Part shown: positions 12,160 to 26,129 of the stretch, piece after piece | Layout of the letters: every line of letters starts with the position of its first letter | Position numbering within the stretch: the stretch's first letter is position 1 | DNA from: Octopus sinensis | Lineage: Eukaryota | Reading direction: 5' to 3' | NCBI RefSeq assembly: GCF_006345805.1 | Contig: NC_043002.1 | Location: forward strand, 50,716,001-50,780,000 | DNA length: 64,000 nt | Notes under the pieces: generated by a model | Told to the model about the DNA's origin: nothing | The model's input: the letters and a program-made list of their open reading frames with translations, nothing else | Databases searched by the model: none | Program-made: the position numbers and the translations under genes

Positions 12160-13519
12160 AGTTTCGTGTGATATATATATATATATATTATATATATATA
12201 TATTAATAAATGAAATAAAACATATGCATATACATAAACAAATATGTACGTACCTACCTCTACATGTACATATACACGCATATATGAGTACAGGACACCA
12301 AAGGGACGTCGAACACAATGAGAAACGAAAACATAGACACAAACCAAAGGAACTGGACATTTTTTTAAAAACAAAAAAAAATAGAGTACAGGACAATTAA
12401 CACAAAGAAAAAACCCCTTCTTCAGTCGCTATGGTTTCATCTACTCTACGTTTCGAAGGATAAAAGCGAGACGTATCTTCGACAAGAAACTTTCCTTCCC
12501 GCGAAAAGCAAATCAATTAAAATTCTGAGATCTTTTCGCAGGGGTAAAAAATGGTAAAAAAAAACAGGACAGTAACGACAGTACAAAATATAAACAGTGA
12601 AAGACAGGACAGGGAAAAACAAGATAAGAAGGGCTGTTGATGCCGAACGAAAACAAGTATTGCGAACGCAGAATTTTTTGTGAACGACGAGAGGAGTAAG
12701 AAGAATGTCGTCCATTACCTTGAAAGGCCAGGCCAGAAAGACAGTCAGAGCGGAAGTATCGTCGCGGGTGAACGACAGGAAGGGGGAAGGAGGAGCAAGA
12801 AAAAGGGAGAGAAGGGGAATGGCTGCGAGGAAACCATGAAGAATTGTGAGGGGGAGAGAGAGAGTGAAGAATGAGAGAGAGGAAGAGACAAGTTAAGTAG
12901 AGGAAAAGAAAATCAAAGAATGAAGGCTGAGAAAGGGATGGGACAGAAAGGGGAAGAGTGTGCGTCAGAGTTAATATCAAGACCAAAACTTGATATACAG
13001 AACAATCTTACTTAAGGGGGTGCGTGCGTTTCGTCATATAATATATTAATAAATGAAATAAAACATATGCATATATTTAAACATATATGTACGTACCTAC
13101 CTCTACATGTACATATACACGCATATATGAGTACAGGACACGAAAGGGACGTCGAACACAATGAGAAACGAAAACATAGACACAAACCAAAGGAACTGGA
13201 CATTTTTTTAAAAACAACAAAAAAATAAAATAAAATAAAATAGAGTACAGGACAATTAACACAAAGAAAAAAACCCTTCTTCAGTCGCTATGGTTTCATC
13301 TACTCTACGTTTCGGAGGATAAAAGCGAGACGTATCTTCGACAAGAAACTTTCCTTCCTGCGAAAAGCAAATCAATTAAAATCCTTTCGCAGAGGGGTAA
13401 AAAATGGTAAAAAAACAGAACAATAACGACAGTACAAAATATAAACAGTAAAAGACAGGACAGGGAAAAACAAGATAAGAAGGGCTGTTGACGCCGAACA
13501 AAAACAAGTATTGCGAACG

Positions 13520-13520
<1 letters not shown>
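12160..13520 (-). mobile_element. Direct repeats of about 500 bp flanking about 360 bp of internal DNA; Penelope-like pLTR-internal-pLTR
   Basis: 12160-12669 and 13028-13520 are highly similar; both carry HHR core words on the minus strand. Confidence 0.7.
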
Positions 13521-13604
<84 letters not shown>

Positions 13605-13663
13605 GTATGTATTCATGTTTACGTGTGTCTATGTATGCATGTATGTACATGAACATATATGCG

Positions 13664-13711
<48 letters not shown>

Positions 13712-14575
13712 ACGGCGGTGCATCAGCATGGCCGCAGCTATGAGCTGAAACTAAAAAATAAAATAAAAATATATATGTATGTATGTATGTATGTATTCAT
13801 GTATACGTGTGTCTATATGTATGCATATATGTACATGAAGATATATGTGTAAAGTATATTTAAGATAATTTGACATATAAATTATAAATTATAAAAGGCA
13901 TTGTATATAATAAAATATCACAACATAGAATTTATGATTATATATGAATTATGAATGGTGATGCTAGCTGTTAATAAGTTTTTATGTGGAATGATGATGA
14001 AAATTAAGGAATAATTTGAACATATTCTAATACATCGGAAGCGATTATATGTGTGTTTAAAGATAACTTTGAAAGATAAGTAGATCAGTGGATTCTAATA
14101 CAAACGTTGATGCTAGATAGATGGAGAGTTGTGGATTAAGATAGAGGAAAAATAACAGGGAGTAGTTGTGTACGAGGGTCTGAATATGGTTTAAACTATT
14201 AAAAAACCTGTTATACCTTGCGTCGTTAATAGGTGATACTCTCTGCTATTGTCGGATAGCAAGAATAATCTTTAGATTCTGTCATTTTCAGGCTTTTCTA
14301 TTCCCAAAATATGTTTTGTCTCACATTCCATTGTCCTCCCCCACATCACACATACACCAGAAGTAACTGGTATGTTTTAAATTCTGTTTTTTTTAATTAT
14401 ATGCATTTTGTATGTTGGGTTAGTCGTACTTTGAATAAGATCCACTTGAAGTCAATGTAAGTTAGTAGAATTATTAGTTTGTATGTAGCACTGCAATACA
14501 ATGTTTTTAAATAAGCAATTGATGGTTCCTGAATTTGAAATTGTTGGTGGATAGGCCACTTTACACACACACACA

Positions 14576-14613
<38 letters not shown>

Positions 14614-14681
14614 ACACACACACACACACGTATATATATATATATATATATATTCTTTTCTATTCCTTTTTATTCTTTTAT

Positions 14682-15151
14682 TCTTTTACTTGTTTCAGTC
14701 ATTTGACTGTGGCCATGCTGGGGCACCGCCTTATTAGTCGAACGAATCAACCCCAAGACTTATTCTTCCAAAGCCTAGTACTTATTCTATCGGTCTCTTT
14801 TTCCGAACCGCTAGTTTAGTGGGGCATAACACACCAACGTCGGTTGTCAAGCGATGGTGGGAGACGAACAGAGAGACACAAATACATACATATATATACA
14901 TACAAATAAAAACATCCATACATACATACGTACGTACATACAAGCATAGGTACATACAGATATATACATTAATCTATATACATATATATACGACAGACTT
15001 CTTTCAGTTTCCATCTGCCAGATCCACTCTCAAGCCTTTAGTCGGCCCGAGATTACAGTAGAAGACACTAGCCTAAGGTACCGCGCAGTAGGACCGAGCT
15101 AGGAACCGTGTGGTTGGGAAGCATGTTTCTTGCTACTAAGTCATTTCTGCG
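14682..15151 (-). mobile_element. SINE family A, near full length
   Basis: ggccatgctggggcaccgcc...aagcctagtacttattctatcggtctc matches other copies. Confidence 0.85.
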
Positions 15152-15317
15152 ATTTCTTGATCACAACTGTCCGACGAACTAGAACGTGAAGCTCTAAGTA
15201 GCAGTTTTTGTGATGTTTTTGCAGCTTTAATAAAATAGCATGTTACTCTACTTTCGGCATTCGTCTACCTTTTTTGCCACCTTGGCTTGCATGTATATGC
15301 TTACTGGTGTGTATTTA

Positions 15318-15348
<31 letters not shown>

Positions 15349-15431
15349 CTTAAAATACTGAGGGCAAGGTGATTTGACGTCTATTTCTAGCGTATAGGAT
15401 TCCACTTTAGTGGTCATTCCTCTTTTAATTG

Positions 15432-15489
<58 letters not shown>

Positions 15490-15513
15490 CAGAACAACAC
15501 CTCTCGCTACTCT

Positions 15514-15790
15514 GAGGATTGCACATTATCGAACTGCCCCATCAAAAACCCTGAATTGTGCCAGAGGACCTATGTTGTATACGAGATCATCTGTGCCAAA
15601 TGTGGCTCATCCTACATATGAAAAAACAACCCAAGAGAGTTACAGGAAGAGAGCTAGTTGCTATAGCAATCCCTTTCCGTGCATGTCCACTCCACACTTG
15701 CACATCGGCAACATTTGTTAATTTCTTGAAACCTCAAAATATTGAATGCAAGGTAAGTCTACATTAATTCATATATTTATTTCTTGTGAT
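15514..15790 (+). mobile_element. Penelope-like GIY-YIG endonuclease relic
   Basis: Frame from 15514: EDCTLSNCPIKNPELCQRTYVVYEIICAKCGSSYI*KNNPRELQE. This is the CxxxxC...VVY..CxxC...YIG...R motif of PLE GIY-YIG; the YIG Gly is now TGA. Confidence 0.75.
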
Positions 15791-16042
15791 TTGCCTTGCG
15801 TTTACTTCATATTGTTCTGGCCTTACCCACCATCCTTTTATACAATATATTCCACATAATGCTTCATAGTAATTATTCCATTATAATATATATATATACA
15901 CCACACACCACACACACACCAACACACACACACACAGATATATATATATATATAATATATAATATATATATATATATACATACATTTATATAATATATAC
16001 ATATATACATACATACACACATGTATATATAATATAATATAT

Positions 16043-16085
<43 letters not shown>

Positions 16086-16129
16086 ATATATATATGTTGG
16101 CTACTGTAGCCATGAACGATTAAGTCGAA

Positions 16130-16445
16130 TAATCGGCGCCAGTACTTACCTTTTAAAATCATGTACCTACTCTATCGGCCCCTCTTACCGAAATGTGATG
16201 TTATGGGAGCGTAGAAAAACCTACGATATTTCTCAAGCATTGGTGGGGTCAAACAAAAACAAAAAAGCATACATACATATGCATACAAACATAGACGCAT
16301 ACACACACAATTAAATATTATATGTGTGTGTGTGTGTACGTATGTGTGTACCCACGACTGGTTTCCATACAGTTTCCGCTTACAAAATTAACTCACGTGA
16401 TAATGGTCTGCCTGCTGCTATAGTTAAACACACTTGTCCATTGTA
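16130..16445 (-). mobile_element. SINE family A, old diverged copy
   Basis: Degraded tactctatcggcccctcttaccgaa and cagtttccg motifs. Confidence 0.5.
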
Positions 16446-17309
16446 CTTTTACTTGTATGATGATGATGACTTCTAAATGCATGTATATGGCGATTGAATC
16501 TTATTTTAAATCACTTCTTGATGGAGCCAATGTAAGCTGAGAAGAATTGTTTTTTTTTGTTAGCTTCATTCTTTTGTTTTTGTATTTATAACTGCACTTT
16601 CTAAGGAATTCATTACCCTTATTCCCTTGCTGCTGCCATCATTTCCGGACTCGTCTCTGCTGAATGTGACGGCCACAATTATATCGTCCACCATAACAGC
16701 AATGAGGCTACATCACTTAGAAAGCCATATCCTCAAACACCACCTCTATCACCATGACTACCACAACTAGCACATTTCCCTCTATACTGCAGTCTTATGT
16801 ATATTAGCACAGGCTCTATCATCCCTAACACGGTTACCCACCTGTAGTAGCTATAGTACTACCCACCACTACCCTACAATCACGGCTACTAGTTTGAACA
16901 TCACAAGAACACCTATGTCTTTTACCATCATCACAATCACCGCCAACATCACCACCACCACAACCATTACCAATACCACAGCTTCATTTTCTTGTGCAGC
17001 CATATCTTGTTGCCTTTCCAAACTTACCACTGGTACTAACAACATTTTCACAACCTTCACAACTAACATGGACCGGAAATACCTCTATTTAGTCATTCCA
17101 GTTGTTAGAAATATCAGCAAAATTTCCCCATAAATCATACATCACCGCTTTTGAAAAGGGGCCCCTGGATTTTGTAATCGTGGGTGTATATACGCATAAA
17201 AATAATGCGTGATGATTGTGGCTGGAACGCTTTTGATCGTATGTCTACTCGAAGATAGCAGATATCTATACCACACCTGTCAACACCACGCCCTACTACG
17301 ACTGGGGCT

Positions 17310-17630
17310 AACACGCCCACCATCACCACAGTCACCACCAACCACCACCACCAAAACTGTTACTACCACCATCACCAGAACCGTCAACCACCACCACCAC
17401 TACCACCACAACTACCAAAACCGTCACCTCCACAACCATCACAACTGCCATAAACACCAACGTCGTCACAACCTCAGTCACAAAGATACATCATTATTTG
17501 TGTCACATTATCACACAAACCTTCTGTACCACCGCTGCTCAATCCCCCCCTTCACATATATCATACTCATGAATTTTATGACATCCACCACCACAGCATG
17601 AACAAGCCACAACAATAGCAACAACAATTA

Positions 17631-17707
<77 letters not shown>

Positions 17708-17733
17708 AGCTGCTACTACTTCTACTACTACTA

Positions 17734-17808
<75 letters not shown>

Positions 17809-17830
17809 ATGATAATAACACCACCACTAC
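17310..17830. repeat. Compound (CAC)n/(CTA)n/(CTG)n triplet repeats
   Basis: Direct reading; explains the poly-V/A and poly-T/H ORFs. Confidence 0.9.
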
Positions 17831-18285
17831 AGCTAAATATGACTGCCTTATTTTACACCATTTCCATAGTAATATATACCCTACAACCAGCCGCTCATGT
17901 CCATCCCCCAAAACGAAGGTGTACTTCACATGTTATTAAAGACATATAGTGATAAATGACTTTGTATAATTGCAGCTGGATGCGTCTTCGGGCAGCACGT
18001 TCTATGTCTCTTTACACAGAAATACAACCCCATACAGGCACACACTCACACACACAGATATAGATATGGACAGAGTAACACATTAAGAAAACCGTTCACA
18101 CGCAAATACATATGAAAGGCAAACGAAATATATGCACATACATGCACGTACATACGAGTGCGTGTTGTGAACATTCATGTTGCACATAACACACTGACAT
18201 GCGCGGTGACATAGAAACAGTTTATGACGTACTCATATATTTATATATTAATGCTATAACGTATATATATATTATATTATATATA

Positions 18286-18325
<40 letters not shown>

Positions 18326-18376
18326 ATTGGTGAATTGAAGAAATGGAGCTGAACGCAGATTGAACAGAAATCGTTT

Positions 18377-18470
18377 TATTTCATTCTACACGTGTTTCGA
18401 AAGGCACAAATTACCAAAATCCGATTGAATAATGGGACCATATTGTGTCTTTCTCTTCAGGAAGAAAATA
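18377..18470 (-). ncRNA. Type I hammerhead ribozyme, intact core
   Basis: Mirror of 18631-18725: CUGAAGA-GAAAG...CUUUC-GAAA-C-ACGU-GUA; predicted cut between 18387 and 18386. Confidence 0.8.
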
Positions 18471-18532
18471 GGAAATCCGTTGGAAAAACAAAAACAGAAC
18501 AGAGGCGGAGCAAAAACAATCGAACTATGCTC

Positions 18533-18552
18533 CTAAGAGCCCATGGCGAAAC
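18533..18552 (+). ncRNA. Truncated second hammerhead core at the palindrome axis
   Basis: CT(-)AAGA-GCC-CAT-GGC-GAAAC: G5 missing; stem III and the cleavage site are cut off by the fold-back junction. Confidence 0.5.
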
Positions 18553-18630
18553 TCCATGGGCTCTTAGGAGCATAGTTCGATTTGTTTTTGCTCCGCCTCT
18601 GTTCTGTTTTTGTTTTTCCAACGGATTTCC

Positions 18631-18725
18631 TATTTTCTTCCTGAAGAGAAAGAAACAAATATGGTCCCATTATTCAATCGGATTTTGGTAATTTGTGCCT
18701 TTCGAAACACGTGTAGAATGAAATA
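18631..18725 (+). ncRNA. Type I hammerhead ribozyme, intact core
   Basis: Stem I tattttcttc/gaatgaaata (9 of 10 pairs), CTGAAGA 18641-18647, stem II GAAAG/CTTTC with extension, GAAA 18704-18707, palindromic ACGT loop III, GTA triplet ending 18715. Confidence 0.82.
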
Positions 18726-18930
18726 AAACGATTTCTGTTCAATCTGCGTTCAGCTCCATTTCTTCAATTCACCAATAATGTTTTAATTTCAATTATCCGC
18801 ACCAACGCACGGTTGCAACACCATATGGTTGTACCTCCAACCGTGCTGTTTACTGCTGTGATTTTTGCTACTAAGGTATCGGTTAAACTTTTGATTAATC
18901 TACTACAAGATTATTCATCTTTCTATTTCA

Positions 18931-19007
<77 letters not shown>

Positions 19008-19378
19008 ATATACGTATATTTTTCCCGGGGCTAAAAAGATATGTATATATATACGTTTGTATATATACGTATTATAAAGATATATATACGGTGTGTGTGT
19101 GTGTATGTGTGTATATATAACTGTATATATATATGTATATGTATATACATATTAAAGCAAGTGTGTGTTCCTACATACATTACTAAAGAGATAGTCCCAC
19201 CCTCTCTCTGTGTATCTTCTTCTTTTCTATCACCCTCTTTCTTTCTCTGTCTCGACATACATGCGTATCGTATATGCAAATATACATACACACCCATTCA
19301 CACACATATATATAATATATTATAATATAATATATATAATATAATATAATAAATATAATATATATAATATAATATATA

Positions 19379-19464
<86 letters not shown>

Positions 19465-19914
19465 CACTTTATGTGAGTCTATGCGTGTGCATTTCATTAA
19501 AGACACGAATGTGCTCGAGTTAGATCTTTTTATTTTAGACTTTTCATATTTTATCATTCTTTAATTCCCTGCTGTTTCGGAACAAAAACGTTCCAAAAAC
19601 CGGGTTGAATGTCTCTAAATCTCGCCCTCTTATTTTAAAGAATTTGAAATAAACTCGGCGCCGCCTATGTTTCTTATACACAGTTTTAATTCACATAGCC
19701 TTTTCCACCGAGGTTTGGGTTGTTGTTTTTTTTTTAACCGAGTGGCTTACACGCCAGCAGTCACGTGATAAAGTTTTTGCTGCAGTTAAATTCTTGACCG
19801 TTAGGTTTCCATGACAGTGGCCATCTGTTAAACTTTTGACGTGCATGTTGTTAGAGTGTTTATTTTGGCTTTGTGTTGCAATACGAATATGGCTTCCATG
19901 ATAAAATGCAGGTA

Positions 19915-20095
19915 TGGATGTGTAGTAAGAAGCTTGCTTCCCAGCCACATGATATTGGGTTCAATATCATTATGTGTCTTCTTCTATAGTCTCAGGCCGA
20001 CCAAAGCCTTGTGAGAGCATTTGCTAGACGGAAACCTAAATAAGCCTGTCGTAAATGTGTGGTTATGTCTGTTTGTTTGTTTGTGTGTGTTTGCT
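19915..20095 (+). mobile_element. SINE family A 5' fragment
   Basis: gtaagaagcttgcttcccagccacatg...ggccgaccaaagccttgtgag. Confidence 0.7.
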
Positions 20096-20559
20096 CTACT
20101 CAGACCTCCATAGCTATTTGCTTAAAAAATAAACTAATTTGTGTATTGTAGAAGTATAACCACATTACTGCACATAAACTTTAGCAACACAATCTTATAC
20201 GGACAACCAAGGGCTATACGGACCCTAATTGAGATCCATTGCTATAGTGTGCTTGCTTTTTTTTACTTCAGTCTGTATGTTTATGTCTAAAAACGGAGTT
20301 TCATTTGCGTTATCATTAATATTAGTAAGGAGTTGTTTTCTAAGTCTTCTTGTAGTTTCTGAACATCATCTGATATATCCATTACCAGTGGTATACCATT
20401 AATGTATCTACGTGTATACTGTATATACACGTATTATCCTGTTCTCTGTAGTGGAATAGCAGAAGGCCCGAAAAGGCTGCAGTGCGACAAACCACTCTGC
20501 AAGCATTCCTTCTGTGTCTAAACATTATTGAATTGTCCAGTTACCTGGAAGAGCTGCTG

Positions 20560-21120
20560 TCAGGACTATGACATGTCCGGCAATCAGACAAATTCCACAT
20601 AAAAATTGTCAGTTTCTCTCCTTTATTGGTTGTGACAAGTAGATTCGAGCTGACTGGTGGAAATTGTGAAAGTGGCTGTATTGTGGACGAGAGAGGAAGG
20701 ATTAAGGACAGACATTTTGCTTATTGTTTAAGCCCTCATCGGTGAATATGAGAATGGAGCGGGAAGTACTCTGGGGAAGTACTCACCTCCCGTAAATTTG
20801 CCAAAAGCTGAGTGACTTTAGGGAAAATATCAACAGTGGGAATACTACTGTAGGTATGCTGCACACTCTTAATTTTGGTCTCAGGTTTGCAAGTCAAAGA
20901 AAAGTGCTTGGAGAGAGCATTTGATCCTGAATGTTTTGAGCAGAATCATCTTGGATCTATGGTGTTTCTTGATTGACATTAACTGGAGATCTTCTTATAT
21001 TAGTAGCACTGTGCTCTCCATGTGTTCGTGCATTTGTATCTCATTTATTTAACACAATATCAATTCATTCTGGGTAACATTTTTCACACTGTAGGTTTTT
21101 ATCTGTGTAAAGGACAAATG
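20560..21120 (-). mobile_element. Possible piggyBac-like transposase C-terminal relic
   Basis: Broken minus-strand peptides *YKKI..., FTGGEYFPRVLP and a Cys-rich tail only loosely recall PGBD4-like C-termini. Confidence 0.25.
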
Positions 21121-21145
21121 CAATTCATCATCATAATCATAAAAA

Positions 21146-21227
21146 TTCTTCTTCTTCTTCTTCTTCTTCTTCTTCTTCTTCTTCTTCTTCTTCTTCTTCT
21201 TCTTCTTCTTCTTCATCATCGTCATCG

Positions 21228-21284
<57 letters not shown>

Positions 21285-21300
21285 GTAGTAGTAGTAGTAG
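21146..21300. repeat. Compound (CTT)n-(CAT)n-(TAT)n-(TAG)n microsatellite
   Basis: Direct reading. Confidence 0.95.
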
Positions 21301-21344
21301 GCTGACGAACTCGCAGAATCGTTAGCGCGCTGGACACAATGCAA

Positions 21345-22385
21345 TTCTACATATTATTTTGGTCTTTTACAGCAATACCCTGTTTGTTAGTTTTGATGGT
21401 TATCTGCATGTATTGGAATGTTCCAAAGAATCGTTGTATTTTCTGCCTCAGTTATAGCTTTGATCTTGAGCAGCTAAGATGAAGCCTTCGTTCTCTCTCT
21501 TTAGCCCTGAACTTCGTAACCACTGATGGGTGTGCCACTGGCCAAAATCAGCTTGTTTGTTATGGGTTGCACATTTGCCATGCAGAGGTCACTGCTCCCA
21601 CCGACAATCACATTCTTCAAGCGCTTTTGTTTTTGCTATTAATTCTAATTTCTTTGCAACAACAGTTACTACACTTCCATCAGGATGTTCAGCCTAGGTA
21701 TCATTCATGGAAGTAATAAAATTTTGCTCTCCTTCTAGAGAGAATGAAGCTTCTTACGCCTCACGTAAGGTGTTATAAGATATTTGACTAGTCCAATTGT
21801 ATAATTTTGTAAAAACGTTTAAAATGGACCAAGCCTCGCGCTTGTTGGACTCTGGAGAGGTAAAAACGATCCTCGTCTGTCTTTCGGTGTCTTATTACAA
21901 ATCAACGAGACTGTAAAATTTCAAAAAACTTTCTCCAATATTCCAGTTCAACACGTTAATGCTGTGAGGAAGAACTGGAACTGCTAAGGAACTTATGGCT
22001 AATAGTTTATGTGCATTTAGCTCAGATTTCAGGACTGCTCAAACTTTTATATAACATTCTCTCCTGATCTTCTCTTTCATGCTTACGTGCTGAATACTAG
22101 AGCCTTCATATATTCTTAGGTATTTAAAAATTTATTCCTGCTCGAGTTCTTTTATAACTGTTTCAACATCTAACACGACTGAGTTTGAAGTCATCAATTT
22201 CCCTTTCCTGAAAGCGGCCTTGACACACTTACTAAGAACAAACTCCATTTCGATGTCATCACTGAATGGTTTCACAGTATGTAATAAGCCTTTAGCTCAC
22301 CATTGTCTTCGCCATAGAATTTAAAGTCATCCATATAAATTAGACAGCTTATCTTCTTGTGGTCAATTTCATAAACATATCCTGT
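21345..22385 (-). mobile_element. R4/Dong-type non-LTR retrotransposon relic (RT end and C-terminal part)
   Basis: KKISCLIYMDDFKFYG...FSDDIEMEFVLSKC...FKYL and PLHGK...HQWLRSSGLKRENEGFILAAQDQ, then ILWNIPIH; many disablements. Confidence 0.8.
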
Positions 22386-23204
22386 CCTCCTCCTCCTCCT
22401 CCTCCTCCTCCTCCTCCTCATCATCATCATCATCATCAAAAGCGTTTTAGTATACCATTATAAGTTAGAATTAAGGCCGAGAGAATTGGAAAAAAAACTA
22501 GAAATGTTTTTTAACACATTTAACTTATATTTTCAATATTTAGCTCAATTATCCCTTATCTAGAGAAAGTGGTGATTGAACTGAGCTCAGATTTTCTCAG
22601 ATATGCGTAGATAATGGAGGAAAGAGTGTGATCTGTGAAAATTAATGATGTTAAATTAGCCTGTTAGTGTTTCACAACTACAGTCTGTCGTTGATGGTAG
22701 GATCTAATTTTCTCATGAGAACAGCCTTTTCAATTCTTAAATTTCCACGATTCCTTTGACGATGATCGTGATATTTTCGTTACGATATTTCTACAGATAT
22801 ATTCAAACAGAAGAAACGCAAAATGGATAGGTGCATATACTGCTGCTGTACGGCAGCCGATTCCCAGAACGATTCCCAGAAAGAATCGTACTGTGTTGGA
22901 TCTACATCCGGTTATTTTTTAAGAATCGCCTAGAGGTGGATTATAGCAGTTATTATAACACCAAAGTTCTTCACTTCTAGAAAGCAAATGCTGCAGAGTT
23001 TGACGATAAGGACTTGAAAGCATCGACCGCAAGACAAATCAAGTTCGTCAAATGCATTTATATATCTTAACTCTTAGTTTTCTTTCTTTTAGACAGTTGG
23101 TCGGTTAAATATGAAGTAACTCTTGTGAAACCTATAAGTATGATGAAACCAGCCTGTTTATTCACATATAACAGTTTCAAATTTTAGCACAAGACCAGAA
23201 ATTT

Positions 23205-23370
23205 TGGGGGAGAGGAGACTAGTTGATTAGATAGTCCCCAGTACTTGACTGTTGCTTATTTTACTCTGCAAGGAAGAAACGCAAAGTCGAACTCGGCGGA
23301 ATTTGAGCTTTGAACGTAAAGACGAACGAAGTGCCGCTAAGCTTTTTGCCCGATTCTGCCAGCTCGCTGC
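23205..23370 (-). mobile_element. SINE family B
   Basis: Reverse complement of the family B head and body (gtcgaactcggcggaatttgag...ctgccagctcgc). Confidence 0.75.
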
Positions 23371-23831
23371 TTTTGTCTATTCATATAGAATGAAAGATAA
23401 CAAACATTAAACAGTTGTATTTTTACATATTTAGCTTAAAGAAGGCAATGTTCACGGACTCCTACGAGTAGTGGAAGGAAATCTCAAACAGGAGGCCTGA
23501 TACGAATGCTTGCAAGTGAATGAATTCGTATTCGTTTTTTTGTTCACTAATTGAACACGTATTCGGGTTTTGTTTGCACGCACGCTCAAACGTGCTCACA
23601 GCGGATTCCCAGAGACATGGTATCAGCCAAATTGGTTCTGACGGCATTGGTCAATCTGGCGATATTTGGCAAATGTGTTGGGAAAGCTCGTGGTTCCTAT
23701 GGGAACTTCTTACAGTCATACATGTCCTTGTCGCATGCACAAATATAACATACACATATATGCATACAATGCATATAAATGATACTTACATACATGGATA
23801 TATATACATATATATACATATATATATATAC

Positions 23832-23913
<82 letters not shown>

Positions 23914-24173
23914 GTAGATAGATATATGTGTGTGTATATGTATATATATATGTATGTAAGTATGTATGTATGTATCTATAATTGTAATATTTCTGTGGAC
24001 AATTGGATGTTTGAGGCATGTGTGTGATAAAGAGATTAGTGTCTGCTTTGTAGCCTGGACCTGTGGATGAGATCAATAGGGTAAACTGTAGGTTTAACAG
24101 CCGGATAAAATTATATATATACATAATACAAAAATACATACAAACACACACACACATACATATATATAAGCAT

Positions 24174-24218
<45 letters not shown>

Positions 24219-24630
24219 CACACATATATATACATATATATATATAGACATATGTACCCATACGTATGTGTATTATGCATGTATATAGGTGTGAGTGTGT
24301 CTGCCTATCTATGCATGTACGTACGAATATATATATGTATATATGTGTATACATATATATTTATATATATATGAATACATGTATGCAAGTATGCATGTAC
24401 GTATGCATGTATGTATATACGTACGCAGTTATGTATGTGACATGAAGAATTTATTATAAACAGCAGCAGCAACAACAACAATAACATCAAAACTAATATT
24501 ATTTGCTCCCAGCAACAAACTTCGTTCAAATGTCATGGATATTTTGTATTGTGTTGATTTACATTTTTCCTGCAACAAAACAACCAAAATTCCCCTTGTC
24601 CACCTCCACCTTCCGCCCCTGTTCATTTGG

Positions 24631-24666
<36 letters not shown>

Positions 24667-24993
24667 TATCGTCATCATAATCATCCAGCGCACCAGCTGT
24701 ATTATTGAGCAGAGGCGTCGTATACAGTGTACAGCACCGCCATAACATCAATATGGCGGAAGCTGTAGAAAGATGGTGTATTTTGATGACGTCCGATGAA
24801 TATTTAAAACGTTCGAAATACTTTCGCTGCAGGTCACTACAGGATTGGTTAACTTGTTGTCAGCTCTGTCGCTTAACATATGTCTCCCTGTTGTATTTCC
24901 TACTACTTTCTCTATTTCTAAATATCTATATATTTATCTATATCAATCAGTCAGTAGATGTATATAAATATCTGTATATTTTGTGCGTGTATG

Positions 24994-25027
<34 letters not shown>

Positions 25028-25382
25028 TGTATGTATGTATGTATGTATGTATGTATGTATGTATGTATGTATGTATCTATCTGTCTGTCTGTCTAATACA
25101 TCTCTCAATTTCGCAGCACACAATACTTTACAAGTACTCAGTGATTCTTCTGTTGATTCTTCGACAAATACAGGAAACACTCGACTCAGGTTTCTTATCA
25201 ATGTAAGGTAAAAACGTTCGTCAAGTTCTCTTTCTCTCTCTTTCTTTCTTGTGCTTGCTGCTTAATTAGAGTATCATTATTCACTGACCAATGTTGCATT
25301 TTCTTCATCAAGTAATTGTAACTGGTGAAATATTTGATAATTTTTAAAAAGCATATTAAACATATTAAATATGCCACACACA

Positions 25383-26092
<710 letters not shown>

Positions 26093-26129
26093 ATATATAC
26101 GTGTATATACGTACTTGCACACACACAGG

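Larger units (their letters stand above)
18318..18784. mobile_element. 467-bp near-perfect palindrome; each arm carries a full hammerhead
   Basis: Arms 18318-18546 and 18554-18784, loop cgaaact; about 3 differences between arms. Confidence 0.92.

Noticed and set aside
19565-19605. GGAAC/GUUCC-GAAAC hairpin on the minus strand
   Set aside because: The 5' core is absent and there is no NUH triplet.
23618-23748. Signal-peptide-like MVSAKLVLTALVNLAIFG
   Set aside because: No splice donor; the ORF ends quickly, and an overlapping frame is equally hydrophobic.
24744-24764. cgccata/tatggcg mini-hairpin overlapping an AATATGGCGG start-like motif
   Set aside because: A 7-bp stem is expected by chance, and the ORF runs into a microsatellite.
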